Shown piece by piece: positions 17,303 through 27,900 of a stretch of 39,151 nucleotides of DNA. The notes under the pieces are model-generated. The model did no database searches. It worked only from the letters and a program-made list of their open reading frames with translations, and was not told the origin of the DNA. How positions within the stretch are numbered: the first letter of the stretch is position 1; each line of letters begins with the position of its first letter. This DNA comes from Bacteroidales bacterium. GTDB lineage: Bacteria > Bacteroidota > Bacteroidia > Bacteroidales > JAADGE01. The position numbers and the translations under genes are program-made. The stretch lies in the NCBI GenBank assembly GCA_024762915.1, contig JANTGL010000002.1:1-39151 (forward strand), read 5' to 3'.

Positions 17303-20300
17303 ATGAAAAAACTACTGATTTTAGTTATCGCTGTTTTGTTTTTTTACACACAAAACTCTGCTCAAACCCATTATTTTAAATTTAAAGTTCAAAATAAATC
17401 AGAACTTAAAAAAATAACCAAACTGATTTCAATTGATGATTATAAAGAAAATATTGTTTGGGCTTATGCTAATGATAAAGAATTTGAAAAATTCAGTTCA
17501 TTGGGCTATAAAATTGAAAAATTATCTTTAAATGATAAATCTTCAAAAGTGATAAATATGGCAACAACTGTTGCCCAAATGGCAAACTGGGACAGATACC
17601 CCACTTACGGAGTATATGTCCAAATGATGCAAAATTTTGCAACAAATTATCCCTCAATTTGTCAATTAGATACAATCAGCGATACTCAAAACGGAAGAAA
17701 AGTTTTGGTATTAAAAATATCCGATAATGTTGCGTCAAATGAAGCAGAACCTGAATTTTTCTATACATCAACCATGCACGGCGATGAAACAACCGGTTTT
17801 GTTTTAATGCTTCGTCTTGCCGATTATCTTCTTTCAAATTACGGAACAGATACCGAAGCAACTGATTTAGTCAATAATTTTGAAATTTATATAAATCCTG
17901 ATGCTAATCCTGACGGTACTTATTACGGCGGAGACAATGACGTTTCAGGTTCCAGAAGATATTTATACAACTCAGACGATCCGAACAGAGATTTCCCTTA
18001 CCCGCTGGATGTAAACAGTACGTCTTCTAATGTTGAAACAATCGGTATGGAAGACTTTGCATCAGCTCATCACTTTGTAATGTCTGCCAATTTTCACGGT
18101 GGTGCCGAAGTTTACAATTATCCGTGGGATTGTTGGACATCAAGTGAAAATACGCCTGCTGATGTAACTTGGTGGGAACATATCGGTCGTGCATATGTCG
18201 ATTCTGCAAGATTAATTAGTTCAAACTATATGACAAGCGTTGTTTCCGACGGAGTAACTGAAGGTGCCGATTGGTATTATGCTTACGGTTCTCGACAAGA
18301 TTATATGAATTATTTTCATCATTGTAAAGAAGTTACTATTGAATTGTCTAATACTAAAACACTTTCAACAGACCAATTACCTTTGTGGTGGGACATTAAT
18401 GAACGTTCCTTAATAAATTACATTAAAGAAGCCGGATACGGATTTAACGGAACGGTAAAAAACACAAACGGCGATCCTTTAGAAGCTAAAATTGAAATTT
18501 CTTCTTTGGACAAAGACAATTCTTGGGTTGTTACCGATCCTGTCAACGGCGATTATTACCGCCCCATTGCGCCCGGAACTTATAATGTTACTTATTCATC
18601 TTACGGATATATTTCTCAAACCATTTCGGTAACGGTAAATGATTGGGGAACGACTAACATACAAAATGTCGTATTGCAACAAGCAACACAAGTTGATGTA
18701 ACGGGAACAGTAACGGAAGAAGGAAGCGGAACGCCTATAGAAAATGTTAAAATTGAATTTTTAAATACACCTGTTTCTCCTGTTTTTACGGATGCAAGCG
18801 GACATTATACCGTTACGGGCGTTATGGAAAACAACTACGATATCAAAGCATCAAAATCCGGCTATACGGCTGTTATTAAAAATATTGATATTTCAACTTC
18901 AAATACAACCGTTGACTTTATACTTCCGATAAGCAATGCCATCAGTTTTGAAAGCAGTGTTCCGCCGATATTTACTTTCAGCGGAAATTTACCTTGGGTA
19001 CAAGTTACGAATGAAGCTTACGACGGTACAAATTCCATGAAATCCGGAGCCATTACGGACAATCAAACTTCTGTGATGGAAGCACAAATAAATGTAACGT
19101 CTGCCGGAAATATTTCATTTTATAAAAAAGTTTCTTCTGAAAGCGGATACGATTATTTTAAATTTTATATTGACGGAAATCTGCAAGATCAATGGTCAGG
19201 AACAATTGACTGGAGTCAAGAATCTTATGCTGTTTCATCAACCGGAATACATACCTTTAAATGGGAATATTCAAAAGACGGTTCCGTTAGTAACGGCAGT
19301 GATTGTGCTTGGGTGGATTATGTTGAATTCCCGCAATACGAAGAACCGGCAACTTATTCCGTAACTTTTAATGTGTCGGACGGAACAAATCCTATTCAAA
19401 ATGTTTCAGTAACTTTTAATTCTCAAAATAAAAATACAGATACCGGCGGACAAGCAATTTTCACTGAAGTTAATCCGGGGAGTAATCTGCCTTGGTCTGC
19501 TTCAAAGACAGGTTATAATACTGAAACCGGCACTTTAAATGTAATTGACGGGGATGTAAACAAAGATATCACTTTAACAGAGATTATTACTTATACCGTA
19601 ACATTTAATGTTAATGATGCTTCTTCTGATCCTGTAGAAAATGCAAATATTAATTTTAATTCTGAAAATATTTTGACAAATGCAAGCGGTCAAGCATTAT
19701 TTTATTCAGTTACTGCAGGGAATAATCTTCCTTATATTATTACAAAAAGCGGATATGCAGATATTAACGGCACCTTGAATGTGATTGATACTGATGTAAC
19801 TGAAAATATTACTATGTACGATGTTACTTATTCCGTAACTTTTGTTGTAAATGACGGGATAAATCCGATTGAAAACGCAAACATAAATTTCTATTCTCAA
19901 GATATTATGACTGATATAAACGGACATGCTGTTTTTAATAATATTTCTCCGGGAAATGATTTACCTTATGTAATTTCAAAAATAGGATATAATACATATA
20001 ACGGCACGCTGAATGTTAACTCCAATATTCAACAAACAGTTTCATTATCAACTAATGTAAGTATTGATGTAATTTTAAAACTTTCAGGGATTAAAATTTC
20101 ACCTAATCCGTTTAAAGATTTTGTTACAATTCAATTTTATACAGAAAACAGTGCTGTAACTATTATTAATATTTATTCTTTTCAAGGGAAATTAATTAAA
20201 TCAATACAAGCCGGAAAACTTAATCAAGGCAACCATCAAATCATTTGGAATGCATCTGATTCCAAAGGTCAAAAAGTTAAAAACGGGATATATTTTATTA

Positions 20301-20353
20301 ATATTCAATCTGATGATAAAATCAGAACAGGAAAAGTAATTCTGATAAATTAA
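17303..20353 (+). CDS. M14 zinc carboxypeptidase with CarboxypepD_reg-like and repeat domains and a T9SS C-terminal sorting domain
   Basis: It has a signal peptide. The M14 motifs are TSTMHGDET (HxxE) and NFHGGAEV. The C-terminus (ISPNPFKD...NGIYFINIQ...GKVILIN) is a T9SS CTD. Confidence 0.85.
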   Translation: MKKLLILVIAVLFFYTQNSAQTHYFKFKVQNKSELKKITKLISIDDYKENIVWAYANDKEFEKFSSLGYKIEKLSLNDKSSKVINMATTVAQMANWDRYPTYGVYVQMMQNFATNYPSICQLDTISDTQNGRKVLVLKISDNVASNEAEPEFFYTSTMHGDETTGFVLMLRLADYLLSNYGTDTEATDLVNNFEIYINPDANPDGTYYGGDNDVSGSRRYLYNSDDPNRDFPYPLDVNSTSSNVETIGMEDFASAHHFVMSANFHGGAEVYNYPWDCWTSSENTPADVTWWEHIGRAYVDSARLISSNYMTSVVSDGVTEGADWYYAYGSRQDYMNYFHHCKEVTIELSNTKTLSTDQLPLWWDINERSLINYIKEAGYGFNGTVKNTNGDPLEAKIEISSLDKDNSWVVTDPVNGDYYRPIAPGTYNVTYSSYGYISQTISVTVNDWGTTNIQNVVLQQATQVDVTGTVTEEGSGTPIENVKIEFLNTPVSPVFTDASGHYTVTGVMENNYDIKASKSGYTAVIKNIDISTSNTTVDFILPISNAISFESSVPPIFTFSGNLPWVQVTNEAYDGTNSMKSGAITDNQTSVMEAQINVTSAGNISFYKKVSSESGYDYFKFYIDGNLQDQWSGTIDWSQESYAVSSTGIHTFKWEYSKDGSVSNGSDCAWVDYVEFPQYEEPATYSVTFNVSDGTNPIQNVSVTFNSQNKNTDTGGQAIFTEVNPGSNLPWSASKTGYNTETGTLNVIDGDVNKDITLTEIITYTVTFNVNDASSDPVENANINFNSENILTNASGQALFYSVTAGNNLPYIITKSGYADINGTLNVIDTDVTENITMYDVTYSVTFVVNDGINPIENANINFYSQDIMTDINGHAVFNNISPGNDLPYVISKIGYNTYNGTLNVNSNIQQTVSLSTNVSIDVILKLSGIKISPNPFKDFVTIQFYTENSAVTIINIYSFQGKLIKSIQAGKLNQGNHQIIWNASDSKGQKVKNGIYFINIQSDDKIRTGKVILIN
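19352..20062 (+). repeat. three tandem 237-bp (79-aa) intragenic domain repeats inside the M14 gene
   Basis: Units start at 19352, 19589 and 19826 (acttattccgtaac...). The protein repeat is YSVTFNV.DG.NPI.NA.I.F......T...G.A.F..V.PGN.LPY...K.GY....GTLNV. Confidence 0.85.
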
Positions 20354-20381
20354 GTTTCGGGTTATTAACGGTCTATATAAT

Positions 20382-20420
20382 AAACTGCCGATAAGCATAT
20401 ACTTTCGGCAGTTTTTTTTT
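20382..20420 (+). terminator. rho-independent terminator after the M14 gene
   Basis: A 10-bp stem aaactgccga/tcggcagttt with a 13-nt loop is followed by T9. Confidence 0.8.
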
Positions 20421-20473
20421 GTACACGGTCGAAAAAATTTTACTTTAGCGCATTATTTTTAAAAAATATAAAT

Positions 20474-22258
20474 ATGAATAATAAAAATGCAATTAAGGGC
20501 GGAGAATTTATTGTAAAAGAAACATTTCCCGCAGAAGTTTTTATTCCTGAAGAATTTGATGAAGAAGCAAGAATGATTGCTCAAACTTGTCAAGATTTTT
20601 TGGATACTGAAGTGATACCGAATATTGACAGATTGGATGCTCACGAAGAAGGTCTTATGCCGAATATTCTGAAAAAAGCCGGAGAACTCGGTTTACTCGG
20701 AATTTCAATACCTGAAGAATATGAAGGTTTCGGGCAAAATTTCACGACGTCCATGTTAGTTGCCGATACACTCGGTGCAGGATATGCCTTTTCAGTAGCT
20801 TATTCTGCCGATACGGGAATAGGAACTTTACCTATAATGTATTACGGAAATGAAGAGCAAAAACAAAAATATTTACCGAATCTCGCAAGCGGTGAATATC
20901 TCGGTGCCTATTGCTTAACAGAGCCCGGAGCCGGTTCTGATGCCAACAGCGGAAAAACAAAAGCCGTACTTAACGAAGCAGGAACTCATTACATCCTGAA
21001 CGGTTCAAAAATGTGGATTACAAACGGTGGTTTTGCTGATATCTTAACGGTATTTGCTAAAATTGATGAAGATCGTATTTTGAGTGCTTTTATTGTTGAA
21101 CGAAATTTTCCCGGTATCACTTTTAATGCCGAAGAAAATAAGATGGGTATAAAAGGGTCTTCAACGGTTCAAATATTCTTTAACGACTGTGAAGTACCCG
21201 TTGAAAATCTTCTCGGAAACAGGGGTGACGGTTTCAGAATTGCATTAAACATTCTTAATCTCGGAAGAATAAAACTCGGAGCAAATGTTATAGGTGCTTC
21301 AAAAACAGCAATTAATCAATCGGTTCAATATGCTAACGAACGAAAACAATTTCGAACATTAATTTCCAATTTTCCGGCTGTTAAATATAAACTTGCTCAA
21401 CAAGTTATCAAAGCTTTCGCTAATGAAACTGCAGTTTATCGAATGAGTAAAAATGTTGATGATGCCGTAAATCGAAATATTGCAAACGGAATGGATAAAG
21501 GAACTGCAAATGTTGAAGCTCAAAGAGAATTTGTAATTGAAGCTGCATTAATTAAAGTTTTCGGTTCTGAAATGTTAGATTACATTGTTGATGAAGGGGT
21601 TCAAATTCACGGCGGAATGGGTTATTCCGCAGAAACGCTTATCGAAAGAGGATACAGAGACTCTCGAATTAACAGAATCTTCGAAGGAACAAATGAAATT
21701 AACAGAAACGTTACCGGTGATACTTTAATTAAAAAAGGATTAAAAGGAGAAATTCCTTTATTTGAAGAAGCTGCAAAAATTGCAGATTATCTTGGTAAAT
21801 TTCCTGAAAATCCCCAATTTAAAGGTGATTATTTTGAAGATATTTCAATAATCGTAAAAAATTTTAAAGCCGTATTCTTATTACTGGTTGATGCAGCTCA
21901 TAAAAAATTCGGAAAAAAATTATCTCGCGAACAAGAAATCATTTTCAACTTTGCCGATATTATAATGGAAGCATATGTTTCTGAGTCTTTATATTTAAGA
22001 ATAAATCGTTTACAAGAAATAAAAGGTGAAGAAGCCGGTAAAATCTATAAAGATATGCTCAATGTTTATCTTTTTGATTCTTCCAATATTATATACAAAC
22101 AAGGTCTGGAAGCAATTTATTCGTTTATTGACGAAGCTGATCAAGAAAAATACATCAATGCTTTAAGATGTCTTTCTAAGGTAAAATCCGTAAATGTTAA
22201 AGAAGCAAGAAGAAGAATTGCCGATAAATTGATTGAAGATAACAAATTTCAATTTTAA
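20474..22258 (+). CDS. acyl-CoA dehydrogenase, long form with C-terminal extension
   Basis: The ACAD motifs are YCLTEPGAGSDA, KMWITNGG and GGMGY....ERGYRD.RI..I.EGTNEI. Confidence 0.9.
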   Translation: MNNKNAIKGGEFIVKETFPAEVFIPEEFDEEARMIAQTCQDFLDTEVIPNIDRLDAHEEGLMPNILKKAGELGLLGISIPEEYEGFGQNFTTSMLVADTLGAGYAFSVAYSADTGIGTLPIMYYGNEEQKQKYLPNLASGEYLGAYCLTEPGAGSDANSGKTKAVLNEAGTHYILNGSKMWITNGGFADILTVFAKIDEDRILSAFIVERNFPGITFNAEENKMGIKGSSTVQIFFNDCEVPVENLLGNRGDGFRIALNILNLGRIKLGANVIGASKTAINQSVQYANERKQFRTLISNFPAVKYKLAQQVIKAFANETAVYRMSKNVDDAVNRNIANGMDKGTANVEAQREFVIEAALIKVFGSEMLDYIVDEGVQIHGGMGYSAETLIERGYRDSRINRIFEGTNEINRNVTGDTLIKKGLKGEIPLFEEAAKIADYLGKFPENPQFKGDYFEDISIIVKNFKAVFLLLVDAAHKKFGKKLSREQEIIFNFADIIMEAYVSESLYLRINRLQEIKGEEAGKIYKDMLNVYLFDSSNIIYKQGLEAIYSFIDEADQEKYINALRCLSKVKSVNVKEARRRIADKLIEDNKFQF

Positions 22259-22278
22259 AATACTTTGAAATTACTTTT

Positions 22279-22307
22279 AAGAGTTGCTTTACGGCAACTC
22301 TTTTTTT
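22279..22307 (+). terminator. hairpin terminator after the ACAD gene, overlapping the 3' end of the convergent mtnA
   Basis: The stem aagagttgc/gcaactctt has a 6-nt loop and is followed by T7. Confidence 0.65.
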
Positions 22308-23299
22308 ATTCCGTGTGAAGTAATATAAGCTGTAATATATTTTGAAGGAGTTATATCAAAAGCCGGATTATAAACTTGAGAATTCGGATTTGCAATTTGA
22401 ATTCGTTGTTCTTTACCTTCTGCATTAATCCCGTTTATAAACAAAACTTCATCCTGACTGCGTACTTCAATCCGAATATCTTCTCCTGACAAACATTTTT
22501 TATCAAAGGTAGAATCAGGCGCAGCAATATAAAACGGAATATTAAATTCTTTAGCTAAAACCGCTTTTTCAAATGTGCCTATTTTATTAGCAGTATCGCC
22601 GTTTGCAGCAATTCTGTCAGCACCGGTTATTACAATATCAATTTTCCCTTGCATCATCAACAATCCGGCAGCATTATCTGCAATTATAAAATGCGGTATT
22701 CCTGCTTTTTGCAATTCCCAAGCTGTTAATTTTGACCCTTGATTTCTGGGACGCGTTTCATCGACAAAAACCGTAATTTTCTTTCCTGATTGAAGGGCTT
22801 TAATAATCGGTGCCAGGGCAGAACCATATTCTACCAAAGCCAAGGGACCGGCATTACAATGTGTTAATATCCCGAAACCGTCTTTAATTAATTCATTTCC
22901 GTATTCTCCGATTTTTTTTCCTGCCTCCGAAGTTTCATCTGCAATTGCCTGAGCTTCTGATTCAGCATCTTTTACGGAAATTAATGCTTTTTCATAAACT
23001 CTTTCAACGGCAGCGAATAAATCGCGAGCAGTCGGTCGTGTTGCTTCAATTCTATTTTTAGCAGTTAACAGAAAATCTTGATATATATCTTTTGGAGCTT
23101 CCGAAGCTGCTTGCATCACGGCAAAACCGGCAGCTGCGCCAATAGAGCCGGCACCTCTTACAATCATTGTTTCAATGGCTTTACAAGTATCGGTATAAGT
23201 TTCAGAAATAAAGACTTCTTCTTTGAAGGGAAGTTTTATCTGATTTATCATATACACTTTTCTTCCTTCAGCCCAAACTGCTCTTTTATTTTTTAACAT
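22289..23299 (-). CDS. mtnA: S-methyl-5-thioribose-1-phosphate isomerase (eIF-2B alpha/beta/delta family)
   Basis: The motifs are RGAGSIGAAAG, DETRPRNQGSKLTAWEL, GADRIAANGDTANKIGT and PFYIAAP.STFD. I prefer the start at MLKNKRAVW (23299) over the ORF-track start at 23332. Confidence 0.85.
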   Translation of the reverse strand: MLKNKRAVWAEGRKVYMINQIKLPFKEEVFISETYTDTCKAIETMIVRGAGSIGAAAGFAVMQAASEAPKDIYQDFLLTAKNRIEATRPTARDLFAAVERVYEKALISVKDAESEAQAIADETSEAGKKIGEYGNELIKDGFGILTHCNAGPLALVEYGSALAPIIKALQSGKKITVFVDETRPRNQGSKLTAWELQKAGIPHFIIADNAAGLLMMQGKIDIVITGADRIAANGDTANKIGTFEKAVLAKEFNIPFYIAAPDSTFDKKCLSGEDIRIEVRSQDEVLFINGINAEGKEQRIQIANPNSQVYNPAFDITPSKYITAYITSHGIKKELP

Positions 23300-24089
23300 C
23301 TTCTTCTTGATTTGATAAAAAGAAATATTCAAGTTTTTTTCTCAAATCAGTAATACTGATATTCTTTTGATAGGCAGAACTATAGAACAATGAGATATTA
23401 CCTGTTTGCTCAGAAACAACGATCACAACGGCATCTGTTTGTTCTGTTATACCCATAGCCGCACGATGTCTTAAACCGAAATCTTCATACCGAACATCTT
23501 TATCAGAAACCGGTAAAATACATCCGGCTGCAACAATTTTATCATTTTTTATTATTACGGCTCCGTCATGCAACGGACTGTTTTTAAAAAACAAATTATT
23601 TAAAAGTTGGGAAGAGGTTTCGGCATTTAATTTAATACCTGTTTCAATAATTGAGAACAATTCAGATTCCCTTGAAATAACAATCAACATACCGGTTTTT
23701 GTTTTTGACATCGACGTGCATGCCTTTACTATTGACCAAACCCTTACGGAAGGTTCTTCATCATTGAAAAATGGTAACAAGTTTTTAAAAGAGAAATTTA
23801 TTTTTGATAAATATTTATTACTCAATAACATAAAAAATTTACGAATCTCTTGTTGAAAAACAATTAATAAAGCAATCACCCCTACTCCCATCACGTGTCC
23901 GAGAATAGTGCTTATTAAAATCATATCAAATGCTCTGACAGTAAGCCATACAAGATATAATAATGCAATACCCGTGAATATTTTTATTGCTGCCGTTCCT
24001 TTAATTAAAAAATAAATCTGATATAAAAGAAATGCAACAAGCAGAATATCAACGATATCCTTTAACCCTATGTGAAGAAATCCGAAAAT
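23286..24089 (-). CDS. cdaA: diadenylate cyclase CdaA (three N-terminal TM helices plus DAC domain); start codon uncertain
   Basis: The DAC motifs are PLHDGAVII, RHRAA.GI and VVIVVSE.TG.ISL. The frame stays open upstream of the first ATG (23924) to 24110 and encodes the conserved TM segment DIVDILLVAFLLYQIYFLIKGT. Confidence 0.8.
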   Translation of the reverse strand: MFGFLHIGLKDIVDILLVAFLLYQIYFLIKGTAAIKIFTGIALLYLVWLTVRAFDMILISTILGHVMGVGVIALLIVFQQEIRKFFMLLSNKYLSKINFSFKNLLPFFNDEEPSVRVWSIVKACTSMSKTKTGMLIVISRESELFSIIETGIKLNAETSSQLLNNLFFKNSPLHDGAVIIKNDKIVAAGCILPVSDKDVRYEDFGLRHRAAMGITEQTDAVVIVVSEQTGNISLFYSSAYQKNISITDLRKKLEYFFLSNQEEDVKK

Positions 24090-24143
24090 AGTTTTAAATT
24101 TTAGAAAGTGCTAATTTATGAATTTAATCAGATTAATAAAATT

Positions 24144-24974
24144 TCAAGATGAAATTAACTTTTTAAATACACTTATCACTTGTAACGTTTCTTTTACATC
24201 ATGAACTCGTAAAATATTTGTGCCTTTTTGCAAGGCAATCATACTTAAAGCCAATGTCCCGGGTAAAGCATCATCGGGTGTTTCGTCATTTAGTTTGTAT
24301 ATCATTGATTTACGAGATAAACCAACTAAAATCGGTCGCTCAAAAATATTAAACAAATCCAGTTTATTTAATAATCGGTAATTATGTTCCGGAGTTTTTC
24401 CGAAACCAAAACCGGGATCAATAATCAAATCGTTAATACCATATTTTTTTGCTGACTCTGTTTTTTTTGAAAAAAATTTCAATAAATCTTTAACAACATC
24501 ATTATATTGAGGTTTTTTCTGCATAGTACCGGGATTCCCCTGCATATGCATTACAATATAAGGAACTTGAAATTCGGCAATTGTTTCAAACATTTTATCA
24601 TCAAAATTGCCGCCCGAAATATCATTTATTATTGAAACATCAAATTCTTTAATGACAAATCTTGCAATTTCGGATCGGTATGTATCAACGGATAAAATAA
24701 TATTCGGGAAATATTTACGTACAATTTCTAACGCTGATTGCAAACGTTTCTTTTCTTGTAATTCAGAAATTAATTTGGCTCCCGGACGAGATGAAAAAGC
24801 TCCGATATCAATAATATCAGCACCTTCTTCAATAAGTTCTTTAGTTTTAATTTTAATTGCATCTTCCGAAACATAGTTTCCTCCGTCGTAAAACGAATCC
24901 GGTGTAATATTAAGAATACCGGCAATTTTCGGCACTGAAAGATCCAACAAATATCCGTTGCAATTAATTGTCAT
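24144..24974 (-). CDS. folP: dihydropteroate synthase
   Basis: The motifs are GILNITPDSFYDGG, DIIDIG..SSRPG, SVDT, INDISGG and DPGFGFGK. Confidence 0.9.
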   Translation of the reverse strand: MTINCNGYLLDLSVPKIAGILNITPDSFYDGGNYVSEDAIKIKTKELIEEGADIIDIGAFSSRPGAKLISELQEKKRLQSALEIVRKYFPNIILSVDTYRSEIARFVIKEFDVSIINDISGGNFDDKMFETIAEFQVPYIVMHMQGNPGTMQKKPQYNDVVKDLLKFFSKKTESAKKYGINDLIIDPGFGFGKTPEHNYRLLNKLDLFNIFERPILVGLSRKSMIYKLNDETPDDALPGTLALSMIALQKGTNILRVHDVKETLQVISVFKKLISS

Positions 24975-24977
24975 AAT

Positions 24978-27900
24978 TTATTTTCCGATTAGTACAAAAG
25001 GAGACCAAAAAAACGGATGTGCAAAATTGCCGCCGGTCTCAATCATTTTAATTTTCGCATTATAAAGAGCTTCTGTTTTATCTTCTTTATTTATAATTAA
25101 ATTCTTATAGAAATCGACCATTAAATCCGTTGTTGATTCATCAGAAACTTTCCATAACGAAACAATGATGTTTTTTGCACCGGCATATATTAAAGCACGT
25201 GACAATCCTATAACGCCCTCACTCTTAGATATTTTACCGATACCGGTCTCACAAGCGGAAAGCACAACTAAATCGGCATTTAACTCTAAATTATAAATTT
25301 CTCCGGAATATAAGATTCCGTCATTTCCGTTTTTTTCGGGGTAAAAAATCAATCCGGATAATTTCGGTTCTGCAATATTTACGATTCCGTGTGTCGCAAT
25401 ATGGATGTATTTGTAATCTTTTAAATTTGCCTGTTTAATGTAACTTTCAGTAGCATTATTATTCAATACTTCTTCAACCGACCTGTTTTCGTCCGTAAAA
25501 ACACTGTCAATAAGATTAACTTCTTTTTCACTGCCGGGTAAGGGAGTTACGGACATTCCGTTAATTACGGTGCTGCCTGCTTTATCAAAAACCGGAGCAA
25601 TCCCCAGCCAATCAGAAGCATTATTTGTACTTCCTTTTCCCTTATATGATTTCAATAATAAATCTGCAGAATAATCATAATTAATTTGATATTTCTTAAT
25701 CAAAAACGGGTAATTTTTAAAATCATTAATATCACCTTTATAAGATTCTGTAATTAACGCTTCAAAAGGAATTAAGTTTATAATCCCGTCCGGAATAATT
25801 GTTAATTTCTTCAGATTTTCCGGAATTCTGCCGGGAAATAAAATATTGTATAAATCATTTGCCGATTTTAAATATTCCGGAAAAGCAGAAGCGTATCCTG
25901 AAGTAATATTTTTATTGAATCTTTTAATTTGTGCATATAAATTATCAGGTTTATCCGAATATCCGATATACAATTTGTCCTTTGTGATTGTGAAAATAAG
26001 GATATAAAATTCTCCGATAAAATAACTTCTTACGGCTGATTCATCATCTAAATTTTTCTGAATATCTTTTAATTTAAAAGTTGTTGTTTTATATTTAGAT
26101 TTATAATATTTCGGATAATCCGTTTCAATTTGTTTATTAAAATCTCTGAGTTCATTATTTAAGTAAAACAATTTTTGATTTAAACGACCAAGTTCCTTGT
26201 TATTTACTGCCAAAGCAATAGATTTTTCGATTCCCGAAATTTCAATCTTGTAATGTTTCTCTTTGTCCGTAATATCTTTAGGAATTCCTGAAAAAGAAGC
26301 CGCTTCTGCAGCCGAAACCGCATCAGACAGAACCGCGGCTTTATTTTTTTCGGCAAAAATAAAGGCTTGTTCTTCATAATACGTTTTTTCTTTTTTATCG
26401 GTAGTTATATAGGACAATCCGATTGCAGTAATAACAGCTTGTTCATAAATTTTTCTGGCATTATTTCCCAAATTAATTTTATCTTCTTTTTTTATAACCG
26501 TTTTTCTGGCTTCTATAATTACGGAATCACATAAAATATAATCTTCATAAGCAGCTTTTATAAAATTATACAAAGAATCTTTTTGATATAAAGCATTGAA
26601 TGCTTGTGCTTTACCCTCTAAGGAAATAAGCAACTTATTGACATTGGTATAATTTTTTAAAACAGGGTTTAAAAAATAATCATTAGCTTCCGGATTAAAA
26701 TCTCTGACATTAGCAGCAATACTTTTTTGATAATACAATAAGGCGTTATGAAAATCATTTTTTTTAACATAAATTTCTCCGATATTTGCATAAATATTAA
26801 CCAAAATCGTATTTTTATTTCCGTAATTTGATTCTAATATTTGAGCCGCTTTTAATAAATATTTTAAAGCATTATCATACTCCTTTCGTTTTGTATAATT
26901 ATTTCCGATATTGTTATAATAGCTTGCTAACTCAGGATGATTTTCACCGTAATATTGTTTTTTAATTTCTATTGCTTTTTGATAAAATTTCAATGCAGAC
27001 TCTTTTTTTCCCTGCTGTTCCAAGATATATCCTATATTGTTACAGGTTCCTGCAATATCGGGATGATTTTCTCCCAGAACTCTTAATTGAATATCGTAAG
27101 CGTCTTTAAAAGAAATTAATGCTTTATCCGTTTCACCTTTTTTATTATAAATAATACCGATATTATTCAAAATATCAGCTATCGATTTATGATTATTTCC
27201 GTAAATAGATTTATCAATTAATAAGGCCGTGTTAAAATATTCCAATGCCAGATCGTATTCATCATTTTCAGCATAGATGCTTCCTTTGCTGCTGTAATAT
27301 TTAGCCGTTTCAGGATTATTTTTTCCGTATGCCGCAATGCTCAATTTTAATGCTTTATCAATATATTCCAAGGCTGATTTTGAATCACCGTTAGATTGAT
27401 AAACATTAGCAATATTATTATACGTTACGGCAAGCATGGGATGATTTTCACCGATAAAACCTTTTTTAATATTCAAGTCATTCACATAATATTCTAATGC
27501 TTTTTTATAATTTCCTTTGTCAGAATAAGCATTCCCCAAACTTCCGTAAATATTTGATTTTAAAAAACTGTTCGGAGTATCAAATTTATCGTTAAGAGTT
27601 GCTGCTTTATCATACAATAAAATCGCAGAATCTGTTTTCCCTTTATAAGCTGCGACCAATCCTTGTCCGAAATAAATATTCGTTAAAAATTTATTTTCTT
27701 CACCGTATTTCTGTTTAGCTAAAGCTTCAATTTCATCTAAAATAACTTCGGCTTCGTTAAATTTATTTGTCTGAATATCGATATCGGAAATCGAATATCG
27801 GCATTGAATGTAATTTCCGATGTAATGGTATTCTTGAAATAAATTTGCTGCTTTTGTAAAATATAATTCGGCATTATCGAAGTCAAATTTTTGCTTAAAC

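Noticed and set aside
461-20644. Other short antisense ORFs in the track: 461-673, 2854-3174, 3304-3522, 5358-5690, 6534-7015, 7711-7920, 8259-8441, 10897-11201, 12625-12816, 14245-14433, 15022-15524, 17493-18209, 19170-19364, 19706-19927, 20201-20398 and 20459-20644.
   Set aside because: Each is nested in or overlaps a much longer, motif-supported gene on the opposite strand or in another frame. The AT-rich composition generates such ORFs readily.
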